64,000 bases of DNA, taken from assembly GCA_947494975.1 (NCBI GenBank), contig CANLXA010000004.1:341001-405000 (forward strand), read 5' to 3'. This document shows, piece after piece, positions 19,306-28,926 of the stretch (positions within the stretch are counted from its first letter, which is position 1; every line of letters begins with the position of its first letter). The translations under genes and the position numbers were made by a program. The notes under the pieces were generated by a model. It saw nothing but the letters and a program-made list of their open reading frames with translations, did no database searches and had not been told where the DNA came from. This stretch comes from an uncultured Roseicyclus sp. Its GTDB lineage: Bacteria > Pseudomonadota > Alphaproteobacteria > Rhodobacterales > Rhodobacteraceae.

Positions 19306-19851
19306 ATGGATGCGCGTGAACGCGTTCTGTGCAGTGGACGGGTCTTTGCCAGCCACTACCAATTCGTGTTGTGTGAGGATCCGGAGCGCCCTCTGGCCGA
19401 TGATGAAAACTGGACCGATGCCCTGCTGATGCAGGGCTTCGCTGGCGCGCCCGAGTGGCGAATGATCGGTACGGATGCGGATCTGAACGACCACTGGATC
19501 GAACTTGCGCTGGGGGACTCGGCCCCGGTCGGCGATGATTGGCATCGCATCGTGTGTTGTGATTTCCAGACCCGGAGCGGCGCCGTCCATGTGATGGGCC
19601 TGATGGATGAAGACCCGGCAATATCTGCCCAGGTGGCGCCCGGTCCGTATGCGGCGTATGTCTGCGTGCTCAACCCCGGTATCGATCAGCACACCACCGG
19701 TGAACTGGAGGCCGGTGCGCCGCAGTTGAGCGATCAGGAACTGGCCGCGCGGGATGATCTGGAGCGGTACCGAGTGGTTCTGGTGCCGGGCGCACCAGTC
19801 CGTACCGGTGTCTTGAAGGAGGCCAATGGCGGCGGCACAGCGCTAGCGTGA
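19306..19851 (+). CDS. Hypothetical protein, possibly ComJ/Nin-like
   Basis: 181-aa acidic ORF filling the dsbA-lpxK gap; SHYQF...WTD...QGF pattern. Confidence 0.65.
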   Translation: MDARERVLCSGRVFASHYQFVLCEDPERPLADDENWTDALLMQGFAGAPEWRMIGTDADLNDHWIELALGDSAPVGDDWHRIVCCDFQTRSGAVHVMGLMDEDPAISAQVAPGPYAAYVCVLNPGIDQHTTGELEAGAPQLSDQELAARDDLERYRVVLVPGAPVRTGVLKEANGGGTALA

Positions 19852-20829
19852 TAGGGCTCGGTCCAGCGCGTCATCGAGGACGCTCCAATCCTCCAGCTCC
19901 AGGCGCACCGGCAAGGTCATCACCTGCGCGCGGTATTCGGGCGTTAGCCGCACCGCGTCCTTTTCTGTCGTGATCGCCTGTGCACCATGCGCTTTCGCTT
20001 CGCGCAGGAGACGGGTCATCAGCGCTTCGCTGAGCGGTTGGTGATCGGCCAGCCCATGGGCGGCAATCACGTCGGCCCCCATATGGCGCAGGGTCTGGAA
20101 AAACTTCTCGGGATGTCCGATCCCCGCAAAAGCCAGAACAGGCATATCGGTCAGGGGGAGGCCCGTTGGCAACGGCTGCAACGCGCCTTTCACATGCGGA
20201 CGGGTGATGCGATTGCCCCAGGCGGCTTCGAACCGTGACTGCGCCGTCTCCGGACCGATACTGAGAACGAGATCGGCGCGGGCAAGGCCTGTATCGACAG
20301 GCTCCCGCAAGGGCCCTGCGGGGATCACACCGCCATTTCCGAAGCCGCGCCAAGCATCGACCACGACAATCGACAGGTCGTAGGCGAGGCCCGGGTTTTG
20401 GAACCCGTCATCGAGGATCAGAACCTCCGCTCCCTCAGCCACTGCGGCGCGGGCGCCTGCGGCCCGATCCTTGGCGACCCAGGTCGGCAGGAATGCCGCC
20501 AACAGGAGCGCTTCATCGCCCACCTGATCGGCCCCGTGGATGCGCTCCTCCACCCGCACCGGCCCTGCCAGCGATCCGCCATATCCCCGTGTCACTGCAT
20601 GGGCGACAACGCCACGGGCCGATAGGCGTTGGGCCAGAGCGATGGCGGTGGGCGTTTTCCCGGTGCCGCCTGCGTTGAGGTTGCCCACGCAGATGATCGG
20701 CACGCCGACCCGTGCATGCGATCCGCGCGCCAGCCGCCGTGCTGTGCCCGCCGCGTAGAGTGCGCCAAGCGGGCGCAACAGGCCCGCCCTGATCCCCGGC
20801 GGCTCGTGCCAGAACCCCGGCGCGCGCAT
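19843..20829 (-). CDS. lpxK: Tetraacyldisaccharide 4'-kinase
   Basis: CVGNLNAGGTGKTP, VTRGYGG, GDEALLL, LDDGFQ and TTEKD motifs. Confidence 0.96.
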   Translation of the reverse strand: MRAPGFWHEPPGIRAGLLRPLGALYAAGTARRLARGSHARVGVPIICVGNLNAGGTGKTPTAIALAQRLSARGVVAHAVTRGYGGSLAGPVRVEERIHGADQVGDEALLLAAFLPTWVAKDRAAGARAAVAEGAEVLILDDGFQNPGLAYDLSIVVVDAWRGFGNGGVIPAGPLREPVDTGLARADLVLSIGPETAQSRFEAAWGNRITRPHVKGALQPLPTGLPLTDMPVLAFAGIGHPEKFFQTLRHMGADVIAAHGLADHQPLSEALMTRLLREAKAHGAQAITTEKDAVRLTPEYRAQVMTLPVRLELEDWSVLDDALDRALSR

Positions 20830-22124
20830 CAGGGTTGCTCCGTCTTTTCCAGCGTATCGAGGATCATGGCCAGCGCCCGGTCGGTCACATCCGCGCCGTC
20901 CGAGATCACGCCCCAGGCAGCGGCGGCCATCGCGGCGGCATCCGCCGGGCTCAGCAACCGCGCCACATCCCCGGCCAGCTTTTCCGGCGAGGGAACCAGC
21001 CGCGCGGCATCGGCTTCGGCAAGGCGCTGGTAGATGTCCACGAAGTTGGAGACATAGGGGCCATGCAGGATGGCGGAGCCAAGGGCGGCGGGCTCAAACG
21101 GGTTGTGGCCGCCAATGGCCACAAGGGACCCGCCCACGAAACTGATCGGGGCCAGGCGATACCACAGCCCCAGCTCGCCCATCGTGTCGGCGAGGTAGAC
21201 GCTTGCCTCTTCGCTGGGGCCTTCGCCCGCCGCCCGTCGGGTGAAGCGCCAGCCCTCTTGTTGCAACATCGCGGCGATCTCGTCGCCGCGCTCCGGATGG
21301 CGCGGGACAATCACCAGTAACAGGCGTGGCGAGGACCGCGTCGCCAAGCGGTGCGCCTGCAGGATCATCCGCTCTTCCCCGTCATGGGTGGAGGCGGCAA
21401 GCCAGACCGGCCGCCCTGCCAGATCGGCGGCGAGCGTGCTGCGCTCATCCTCATCACACGGCAGGGCGGCGGCCCCTTCCTTGAGCGTCCCCAGAACCTT
21501 CATGCGTTCGCCGGGCATCCCAAGGCGGCGCAAGTACCCCATCGTGAGGTCATCTTGCACAAGGGCGGCGTCAAATCGGCGCAGAAGGTCGCTGGCCATG
21601 CCGCGGGCAAAGCGCCATTTGTCATGGCTCGCCTTGGACATGCGCGCATTAAGCATCAGCATCGGAATGCCGCGATCATCCACCTCCACAACCAGTGTCG
21701 GCCACAGCTCACTTTCCGTCCAGATCGCCACGTCCGGCTTCCAATGGTCCAGAAAGGCGGTGACGAAGGGCTTGGCATCAAGCGGCGCGAACTGGTGCAG
21801 CGCCCCGTCCGGAAGACGGTCCGCCATCAAGGCGGCGGAGGTGACGGTGCCGGTTGTGATCAGGATCGTCAGGTCCTCACGCTCCTCGAGGAGGCGCCGG
21901 ATCAATTCCAGAACCGCCAGGGATTCGCCGACCGAAGCCGCATGAAACCAGATCAGCGGCCCGTCCGGGCGCGGCCGCACGGCGACGCCGCGGCGCTCGT
22001 CCAGCCGCGCGGCGTCTTCCTTCCCGGCGGCCAGGCGCTCGCGCAGCTTGCGTTCGGCAAAGGCGCGCGCGCCCCGGGCCGACCAGGCAAGATAGAGGCG
22101 AAGAAGGACCGATGATTGCGCCAT
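20829..22124 (-). CDS. waaA: 3-deoxy-D-manno-octulosonic acid transferase
   Basis: IWFHAASVGES, ESELWP, AASTHDGEE, VPRHPERG and GGHNPFEP motifs. Confidence 0.96.
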   Translation of the reverse strand: MAQSSVLLRLYLAWSARGARAFAERKLRERLAAGKEDAARLDERRGVAVRPRPDGPLIWFHAASVGESLAVLELIRRLLEEREDLTILITTGTVTSAALMADRLPDGALHQFAPLDAKPFVTAFLDHWKPDVAIWTESELWPTLVVEVDDRGIPMLMLNARMSKASHDKWRFARGMASDLLRRFDAALVQDDLTMGYLRRLGMPGERMKVLGTLKEGAAALPCDEDERSTLAADLAGRPVWLAASTHDGEERMILQAHRLATRSSPRLLLVIVPRHPERGDEIAAMLQQEGWRFTRRAAGEGPSEEASVYLADTMGELGLWYRLAPISFVGGSLVAIGGHNPFEPAALGSAILHGPYVSNFVDIYQRLAEADAARLVPSPEKLAGDVARLLSPADAAAMAAAAWGVISDGADVTDRALAMILDTLEKTEQP

Positions 22125-22132
22125 GATCTGTC

Positions 22133-22378
22133 TTAGCTTCCAAGCTCTTCGGTGGGCGAAGCCTCGGTGCCCTCATCGCGCAGGCGATGAATATGGGCGA
22201 TGAAATAGCGCATATGGGCATTGTCCACCGTGCGCTGCGCCTCGGATTTCCACGCGTCATAGGCCGATTGGTAATCGGGGAACATGCCGACGACATGGAT
22301 GTCTTCGGGGTTCTCGAACTCGGTCTTCTGCGGGTCTTTCAACTCACCACCAAAGACAAGGTGCAGGCGTTGCGGCAT
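22133..22378 (-). CDS. DUF4170 domain protein
   Basis: QRLHLVFGGEL...VGMFPDY..A..AW...AQRTVDNAHMRYFI; typical position upstream of waaA. Confidence 0.85.
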   Translation of the reverse strand: MPQRLHLVFGGELKDPQKTEFENPEDIHVVGMFPDYQSAYDAWKSEAQRTVDNAHMRYFIAHIHRLRDEGTEASPTEELGS

Positions 22379-22563
22379 GGGGATCTCCGGGCAATGGATC
22401 TGGTCACGGATTGCGCGGGAACCCTTAAGGGGTGGGGCGGGGGCGTCAAGCGGCGACGCCGCGTTTCGGCGACCTGACGCGAATGTCAGGGTGGGGTTTC
22501 CCTGCATAGCGGACAGGTGCGGTACGGCGCATATTCATGTCAACGCAAACAAAGGACACTCCA

Positions 22564-22737
22564 ATGACCAAGACATTTTCTGCATTCATCGCAGCCCTCG
22601 TCCTTGCCGCCACGCTCGCTGTCGATACCGCACCTGCATCGGCTTGGTCCTTTGGTGTCGAAGGTCCCAGCCGCCTTTCAGGAACGGATCTCGGTTCTGG
22701 CCGCATCTCCGGGACTGATCTCGGTTCCGGTCGGTAA
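22564..22737 (+). CDS. 57-aa secreted micro-protein with tandem R(L/I)SGTDLGSG repeat
   Basis: RBS AAAGGAC, Sec signal ending APASA/W; 30-nt tandem repeat 22671-22730 differing almost only at synonymous sites. Confidence 0.7.
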   Translation: MTKTFSAFIAALVLAATLAVDTAPASAWSFGVEGPSRLSGTDLGSGRISGTDLGSGR

Positions 22738-22750
22738 TCCCGGCCGGCGC

Positions 22751-22899
22751 GCGAGGCGGCCTCGCTCTCTCCCTCCCCCACACTCTCCGTAGGGGCCGCC
22801 TCGCCAGATTTTTCTGATTTCCCTGCTTCCCCAGCCCCCGCTGCGATTTTCTCCGCTGCGGGGGTGTCTGTTTGGGCCCAAAGGTAAGGAGAGCCTTAC
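22751..22899. repeat. Cluster of inverted repeats (structured non-coding segment)
   Basis: GCGAGGCGGCC 22751-22761 pairs with GGCCGCCTCGC 22794-22804; also CCCCCGC/GCGGGGG, TTTGGGCCCAAA and GTAAGG-agag-CCTTAC. Confidence 0.55.
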
Positions 22900-22995
22900 T
22901 CGCGCGGGTTGCGGTACTCGCGTAGGTTGATCGGGCAAGCACGATGGACGGACACCGCATAAGGCCCACGATTTTTCAAAGAACCGATAGCTGCC

Positions 22996-23178
22996 ATGAC
23001 CATTCGCATCTCCCTTCTCTTCCTGGCCACGCTTTTGTTCGTGATTGTGCTTGCGACCCTCTCAAATTCAGCGAATGCGCATTCCGAGGATGCCATACTG
23101 GCGGATGATTTCTCCTCCAGCCGGATCCTCGCCACGGGGCCCTTGAGTGTTGTCGTGTTCGAGGTTTCGCGGCGCTGA
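22996..23178 (+). CDS. Possible 60-aa secreted micro-protein
   Basis: Hydrophobic N-terminus ending SANA/H; weak RBS; no recognised motif. Confidence 0.4.
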   Translation: MTIRISLLFLATLLFVIVLATLSNSANAHSEDAILADDFSSSRILATGPLSVVVFEVSRR

Positions 23179-23219
23179 CGCCGCAGGGAGCTTGAGCGGT
23201 CTTGTGCGCCCATCCGCGG

Positions 23220-24002
23220 CTACGCAGACGCGCGCAATCCCACCAGATCCCCATGCACGGCCGAGGCCCCGGCGATCACACCGTTCACCTGCGGGGTCGG
23301 GTTGTTGAAGCGGAGGCTTTTGCCCTGACCGTCAGACACAACGCCGCCAGCCTCTTCGATGAGGAGCGTGCCCGCGGCGATGTCCCATTCCCATGTCGGC
23401 CTCAGCGTGATCATCGCATCGAACCGTCCCTCCCCCACAAGCGACATCCGGTAGGCCAGGGACGGGCGATATGACCTGCCGAACCGAGGCACGCCGCGCG
23501 GCCAATGGTGCGGTTGCAGATTGCCCCTGGTTGTGAGGATCGTCGCATCCTTGAGGTCCACGGGCGGGGTAACGCGCAGGGGGGTGTCGTTCATGGTGGC
23601 ACCTGCCCTGGCGGCGGCGGCGTAGAGCTTGTTCCGCATCGGCAGAAACACGGCCGCTGCCGTCACCACGCCGTTGCGCGCGACGGCCAGCGAATGGGAA
23701 AAGCTGCGCCCGCCTTCGATAAACGCGCGGGTCCCGTCAATCGGATCGCATATGAACACATGCTCTTGCGCCAGGCGCGCGGCGCTGTCTTCGGTTTCTT
23801 CGCTGAGCCAGCCGTAATCGGGCCGTGCACCCAGAAGGACCTCATGCAGCATGGCGTCAATGGCCAGGTCGGCCTCCGTCACCGGCCCCTCGTCGCCCTT
23901 GTCGAAAACGTCCGGGTTCTGTCCGAAATGGCTCCGCGCGATGTCTCCGGCGCGCAGGGCGGCCTCGATCAGAAGCGCGCGGTCCTCCTCAGGCCCCGGC
24001 AA
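23220..24002 (-). CDS. Inositol monophosphatase/CysQ-family phosphatase
   Basis: GPVTEAD, WLSEE, CDPIDGTRAF and WEWDIAAG motifs. Confidence 0.9.
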   Translation of the reverse strand: MPGPEEDRALLIEAALRAGDIARSHFGQNPDVFDKGDEGPVTEADLAIDAMLHEVLLGARPDYGWLSEETEDSAARLAQEHVFICDPIDGTRAFIEGGRSFSHSLAVARNGVVTAAAVFLPMRNKLYAAAARAGATMNDTPLRVTPPVDLKDATILTTRGNLQPHHWPRGVPRFGRSYRPSLAYRMSLVGEGRFDAMITLRPTWEWDIAAGTLLIEEAGGVVSDGQGKSLRFNNPTPQVNGVIAGASAVHGDLVGLRASA

Positions 24003-25338
24003 TCGTCAGCCCCTCGACCAAAAGCGAGGGGACCACGCGGCTCAGATGGCCGCGCGCGTCATTGGCGGGGACGAGGCCGCGCAGCATGTCGCGCAGGTTG
24101 CCCGCGACGGTGCATTCATTGACCGGATAGGCAATCTCGCCGTTCTCCACCCAGAAGCCCGCCGCCCCGCGTGAGTAATCGCCCGTGGTGGCGTTAATCG
24201 AAGATCCGATCATCGACGTGATCAGGAGGCCGGTGCCCATCTGCGCCAGCAACCCATCGCGATCCACATCTCCCGCCGCCAGCCTTGCATTGCCGACGGT
24301 GGGCGAGGGGGGCGCGCCAGTGCCGCGGGTCGCCGATGCAGTGGAGGGCATCGACAGTTTGCGCCCGGTGGCGAGATCCAGCGTCCATCCCGTCAGGATC
24401 CCGTCTTTCACGATTTCCCGATCCGCCGTGGGCAGGCCTTCGCCATCGAACGGGCGGCTCGCCGAGGTGCGCGGGCGATGCGGTTCCTCGATCAGGCTCA
24501 GACCCTTGGGCAACACCTGCTCCCCCAAAAGCTCCCGCGCCCAGGACGCGCCGCGCGCGATGGAGGTTCCATTGGTGGCCGACAGAAGGTGCCCGATCAG
24601 CGCCGATGAAATCCGCTCGTCATAGACAACCGGATAGGTGCCGGTGGGGGGCTTGCGCGCGCCAGCCCGGGCAACGGTGCGTTCGGCCGCAAGACGGCCG
24701 ACCTCCTCCGGCGCCATCAGGTCGGACAGGTGATTGCGCGCATCGCCATAGTAGTCCCGCTCCATCCCGGTGCCCTCGCCGGTGATCGCAACGCAGTGGA
24801 CACCGAAATCCGACCGTCCATAACCGCCTGCAAAGCCGTTCGTGGCCGCCAGATATATGCGGCGGCGCGAAAAGCCCGCGCCTGCGGTTGAGACCTGGCT
24901 GATGCCGTCGATCTTCAGGGCCGCGGCTTCGGCCTCCAGCGCCATATCTTCCATGCGCGCCGGGTCCGGATCCTGGCCCGGATCTTCCATGTCGAGTGCT
25001 GCACCATCACGCACGTCGCTCAGTTGGTCGGGATCGGCCAGCCCGGCATAGGGATCTTCGGGGGCCAGGCGCGCCATGGCGACGGCCCGTTCGGCCATTT
25101 CGGTGAGCGTTGCCGCCTCGGTGTCGGAGGCAGAGACACAGGCCTGCCGCTGCCCAACCAAAACCCGCAGGCCCAGTTCGATCCCCTCCGAGCGTTCGGC
25201 CTGTTCCAGCGTGCCGTTCAACACACCGATGGACATCGACGTGCCATCAACCACGAGCGCATCCGCGGCGTCGGCCCCGGCGCGCGTCGCGGCCTCAAGA
25301 AGGGCCTGGGCAAAAGGGGCGAGGGCAGTGTCGGTCAT
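23989..25338 (-). CDS. TldD/PmbA family protein (PmbA/TldE-like)
   Basis: GLRVLVGQRQA, RPFDGEG, GDYSRGAAGFWVENGEI..PVNE.TVAGNL; no HExxH. Confidence 0.92.
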   Translation of the reverse strand: MTDTALAPFAQALLEAATRAGADAADALVVDGTSMSIGVLNGTLEQAERSEGIELGLRVLVGQRQACVSASDTEAATLTEMAERAVAMARLAPEDPYAGLADPDQLSDVRDGAALDMEDPGQDPDPARMEDMALEAEAAALKIDGISQVSTAGAGFSRRRIYLAATNGFAGGYGRSDFGVHCVAITGEGTGMERDYYGDARNHLSDLMAPEEVGRLAAERTVARAGARKPPTGTYPVVYDERISSALIGHLLSATNGTSIARGASWARELLGEQVLPKGLSLIEEPHRPRTSASRPFDGEGLPTADREIVKDGILTGWTLDLATGRKLSMPSTASATRGTGAPPSPTVGNARLAAGDVDRDGLLAQMGTGLLITSMIGSSINATTGDYSRGAAGFWVENGEIAYPVNECTVAGNLRDMLRGLVPANDARGHLSRVVPSLLVEGLTIAGA

Positions 25339-25453
25339 GTTCGGATCCTTGGGCGCGTGGGTTCGGTTGGAGGTAGGGCGCTGCGCGGGAGGGTGCAAGC
25401 AAAACGGCCCGCGTGGGGATCACGCGGGCCGCTGCAATCGCGTGGTCTGGCCG

Positions 25454-26956
25454 CTATTGAAGTGGCAGGCCATTGGCCGTGATGGACCCGTCCGCGCCAA
25501 ATTCAATGGTACTTTCGAGCGTGTCCGGTGTCGCGCCGGGCCGCGCGAAGGCATTGGCCGCGCCCCGGACAAAGGCGCCCTGTTCAGCCGGCACAAGGCC
25601 ACCCGCGATCAGCGCATCCAGCAGCGCATTGCCGCCGGACAATTGCAGATCGGCGGAGCCTACGGGCATCGGCATGGGCTGGTTCGGGGCAAAGGTCATG
25701 TCGGCGGTTCCCGTCAACTCGGCCCCGCCCACGGCCACGCGCATTTCGTTGACCGTCAGCGCCCGCAATTCGCCCGGAGGGGCTGCCATGGTTTCGGGAT
25801 CGAGACCCAGGAGATCGACCAGCACCAGCACCTGCCCGGTCGCATCCAGTATGACCGAGGCCGGATCCCGCGGGATCGCCCCGCCGGGGTCGAACATGCC
25901 CCAGATCGCATCAGACATCGTCATGTCCTGATAGGCGATACGCGCCGTGACATCCTGTGGCGCGTCATCGGCGGCAAGCGGTACGCTGAATTGCAATTCG
26001 CTCGAGCCGACGGACACATCGATCGGCACTGGCAGATCCGCGGCCGAAATACGCGTGCGCATCCCCGTGGCCGCGATGTCGTAGCTGAGCGAGGTCTCGG
26101 AAAAGTCGAAGCCGATGCGCCCGCCATCGTTGGAATAGGCGACCGCGAAGTTCTCGCTTGGATCTTCGAACGCCATCTCGAAGGCGACGCCGCCATAGCT
26201 TGTGGTTCCGGAGAGCTCCAGGCCCGGCGGAACCTGCCCTTCAAACTGATTCAGGGTCGCCAGCGACAGGATCGTTCCGGCGGACGTGCCCTCGATCCCG
26301 GTTGCGGTCATACCCGCCTTCAGGCGGCCCTCCTCACCGGGGGGCGGGAGGACGTCGAGGACCATGGAAAACTGCTCCGCGCTACCGGTGGAGGAAAACC
26401 GCATCACGTCGCCCTCCGCCCCGGTGCCGGTGATGTCGTAGGTCGAGGCGAGGCCGGTCATCTCCATCTCGAGATCAATGGTCGGCGGCGGGCCGTCCCC
26501 GCCCCAGATCCGGCCGTCGGTGACCAAGATCCGGTCGGCAGTATACACATAACTGCGCGCGCCGGCATCGCCGGACACGGTCACATCGAGATTCTCGTGC
26601 TCCATCAGCAGTTCGATATTGGCACGAGGGTCGTTGACGCCGACCTCGAAGCTGATCACCATGGAATAGAGATCGGAGAACGCAACGCTCAGCGTTCCAT
26701 CGGCATTCTCGACCATCTCGATCCGGTCCATGATGCCCTGAACCATCACGTCCTCTTCCTCGAAGGTGGTCGTGAAGTTGGTCAGGACAAGGCCGGTATC
26801 CGTCGGGGTGGCCGTGGCGGTCACGGTCTGGCCGGACAGGGTGGCCTGGGCCTGCCATTCCTCCCAGATCTCGGCGGCCAGGGTATCTGAGGCGGCGGGC
26901 AGGGCGCCGGCGACCAGAAGGGCAAGAGTGGAAAGACCAAAAGAAATGCGCTGCAT
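25454..26956 (-). CDS. DUF2125-like secreted protein
   Basis: Signal peptide, long acidic beta-rich body, C-terminal ANGLPL; recognised by overall resemblance only. Confidence 0.7.
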   Translation of the reverse strand: MQRISFGLSTLALLVAGALPAASDTLAAEIWEEWQAQATLSGQTVTATATPTDTGLVLTNFTTTFEEEDVMVQGIMDRIEMVENADGTLSVAFSDLYSMVISFEVGVNDPRANIELLMEHENLDVTVSGDAGARSYVYTADRILVTDGRIWGGDGPPPTIDLEMEMTGLASTYDITGTGAEGDVMRFSSTGSAEQFSMVLDVLPPPGEEGRLKAGMTATGIEGTSAGTILSLATLNQFEGQVPPGLELSGTTSYGGVAFEMAFEDPSENFAVAYSNDGGRIGFDFSETSLSYDIAATGMRTRISAADLPVPIDVSVGSSELQFSVPLAADDAPQDVTARIAYQDMTMSDAIWGMFDPGGAIPRDPASVILDATGQVLVLVDLLGLDPETMAAPPGELRALTVNEMRVAVGGAELTGTADMTFAPNQPMPMPVGSADLQLSGGNALLDALIAGGLVPAEQGAFVRGAANAFARPGATPDTLESTIEFGADGSITANGLPLQ

Positions 26957-27108
26957 CGGAGGTAGGCTCCATCAAACGGTGATTTATCGTGCAATCGTCT
27001 AGGGGCACCGCCGGGGCGTCAAGTGCCGATAGCCGGAATGTGGCTGGCCTCCGCCCGTCGGCGGCGCTACCTCTGGGGGCAGATCACCCTTGGGGAAAGG
27101 ACCGGATC

Positions 27109-27861
27109 ATGACCCATATGCTGAACGGAAAAGTTGTTGCGATTACCGGGGCCAGCCGCGGCATCGGAGCGGCCACCGCGCGTGAATTTGCCGACCTCGG
27201 CGCCAAGGTCGTGCTGCTGGCGCGCAGCCGGGACGCGATTGCCGCCTTGGCCGGAGAGATCGGCGATGCTGCCCTGGCCGTGCCATGCGACGTGATGCGA
27301 TTTTGGGAGGTGGAGGCCGCGCTCAATGCTGCCGCCGACACCTTCGGGAGCCTCGACGTGTTGATCAACAATGCCGGCGTGATTGAGCCCGTCGCCCGCC
27401 TGCAAGATGCTGATCCCGACGGCTGGTCCCAGGCCATCGATATCAATCTCAAGGGCACGTTCAACGGCATTCGCGCGGCGCTGCCGCTGATGGAGGGCCG
27501 GGGCGGAACAATCATCGGCATCTCATCGGGTGCGGCCACAAGCGCGCTTGAGGGATGGTCGCATTATTGCGCGTCCAAGGCGGCGGCGCTGATGCTGACC
27601 CGGTGCCTGCACAAGGAGATGGGAGATCGCGGGATCCGGGCGCTGGGTTTGAGCCCCGGAACCGTGGCCACGCAAATGCAGGTTGAGATCAAGGCCTCGG
27701 GCGTGAACCCCGTGGCGCAACTCGACTGGTCCGACCACATTCCACCGGAATGGCCCGCCAAGGCGCTGGCCTGGATGTGCACACCCGACGCCGATGAGTA
27801 TCTGGGCGGCGACATCTCGCTCCGCGATGAAGGCGTGCGGGCCAAGGTGGGCCTCGCGTGA
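27109..27861 (+). CDS. Short-chain dehydrogenase/reductase
   Basis: ITGASRGIG, NNAG and YCASK motifs. Confidence 0.92.
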   Translation: MTHMLNGKVVAITGASRGIGAATAREFADLGAKVVLLARSRDAIAALAGEIGDAALAVPCDVMRFWEVEAALNAAADTFGSLDVLINNAGVIEPVARLQDADPDGWSQAIDINLKGTFNGIRAALPLMEGRGGTIIGISSGAATSALEGWSHYCASKAAALMLTRCLHKEMGDRGIRALGLSPGTVATQMQVEIKASGVNPVAQLDWSDHIPPEWPAKALAWMCTPDADEYLGGDISLRDEGVRAKVGLA

Positions 27862-28475
27862 TCGAGACGTCCGAAGATGGCGGCGTCCTGACCATAACGC
27901 TGAACCGCCCCGACAAGGCCAATTCGCTGACCGAGGCGATGCTGCGGGATCTGGTGCGGCTCTTCAGGGGCGCGCGGGATGCCCGTGCCGTGATCCTGAC
28001 CGGGGCGGGCGACAAGGTGTTTTCAGCGGGTGCCGATCTGGAGGAGGCGCGGGCGGGGCTCGCCACATCGCCGGTTTGGGAAGACGCGTCGAGCGCCTTG
28101 GCGGACTTGCCGTGCCCGACAATCGCGGCGCTGAACGGAACCTTGGCGGGCGGCGCCTTTGGCATGGCTCTGGCGTGCGATCTGCGGATCTCGGTGCCCC
28201 ATGCGAGCTTCTTCTACCCGGTCGCGAAGCTGGGGTTCCTGCCGCAACCTTCCGATCCCGGGCGATTGCGCGCGCTGATCGGGCCCGCACGCGCCAAGCT
28301 GATCCTTTTGGCGGGCGCACGGATTTCCGCGGAGGAGGCGTTGCGCTTCGGCCTGATCGACAGGCTCTGCGCGCCAGAGGATCTGATGCGCGAGGCTGAC
28401 GCCCTGACCCAGACCGCGCGGGATGGCGACCCGGCAAACCTTCAGCAGATCAAGACCATGATCCGTCAGGCCTAG
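27858..28475 (+). CDS. Enoyl-CoA hydratase/isomerase family
   Basis: ITLNRPDKANSL, FSAGADL, AALNG...GGAFGMALACDLRI. Confidence 0.9.
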   Translation: MIETSEDGGVLTITLNRPDKANSLTEAMLRDLVRLFRGARDARAVILTGAGDKVFSAGADLEEARAGLATSPVWEDASSALADLPCPTIAALNGTLAGGAFGMALACDLRISVPHASFFYPVAKLGFLPQPSDPGRLRALIGPARAKLILLAGARISAEEALRFGLIDRLCAPEDLMREADALTQTARDGDPANLQQIKTMIRQA

Positions 28476-28611
28476 GCCAATAATGGTGCCGCAACGTCAG
28501 TGTCCGCCTCCTTCTTTGGCTACGCCAAACGCGTCGGCGGAGCCGGCACCTCGCCCTGCGGGCATCGGTGCCGGGTCGCTGCGCTGTCCGGATGTTGCAT
28601 GTCGCACGGCA

Positions 28612-28926
28612 TCAGACGCGTTGTCGCCGTTTCCATCCGCGCCGTCCGCCAGGCGTTTTCGAATGAAACTCATCCGGCCGTTTGCGGACCCAATCCACGA
28701 AGCGCGCAATCCGGGCATGGCTCCGCAGTGCGTCGACATTGTTGTAGGCCCGCGCAAGCTCGGCCTCGGACAGCGTCGCATGGATCTCGTTGTGGCAAAT
28801 CTGATGCAGCAACACGGTCGGCCCACCTTTCCCTCCGCGCAACTTGGGTATCAGATGGTGCAGGCTTTGTTTGGCGTCCGGCGGGATCGGGCGCTGGCAG
28901 AGCGGGCAGATGGGGGTGTCGTTCAT
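28612..28926 (-). CDS. Small stand-alone HNH endonuclease family protein
   Basis: CPLCQR...HHLIPKLRGG...LHQICHNEIH; start reassigned to MNDTP. Confidence 0.85.
   Translation of the reverse strand: MNDTPICPLCQRPIPPDAKQSLHHLIPKLRGGKGGPTVLLHQICHNEIHATLSEAELARAYNNVDALRSHARIARFVDWVRKRPDEFHSKTPGGRRGWKRRQRV

Noticed and set aside
22671-22730. 30-nt tandem repeat, and the 9791-9916 repeats, as a mini CRISPR array
   Set aside because: Only two imperfect units, in frame within coding sequence, no unique spacers and no cas genes.
22896-23213. Minus-strand 105-aa ORF, or 6S/tmRNA in this gap
   Set aside because: No RBS or motif supports the ORF, and I could not match hallmark features of 6S RNA or tmRNA.
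28483-28611. Possible small gene between the enoyl-CoA hydratase and HNH genes
   Set aside because: Candidate frames give low-complexity peptides without RBS or motifs.
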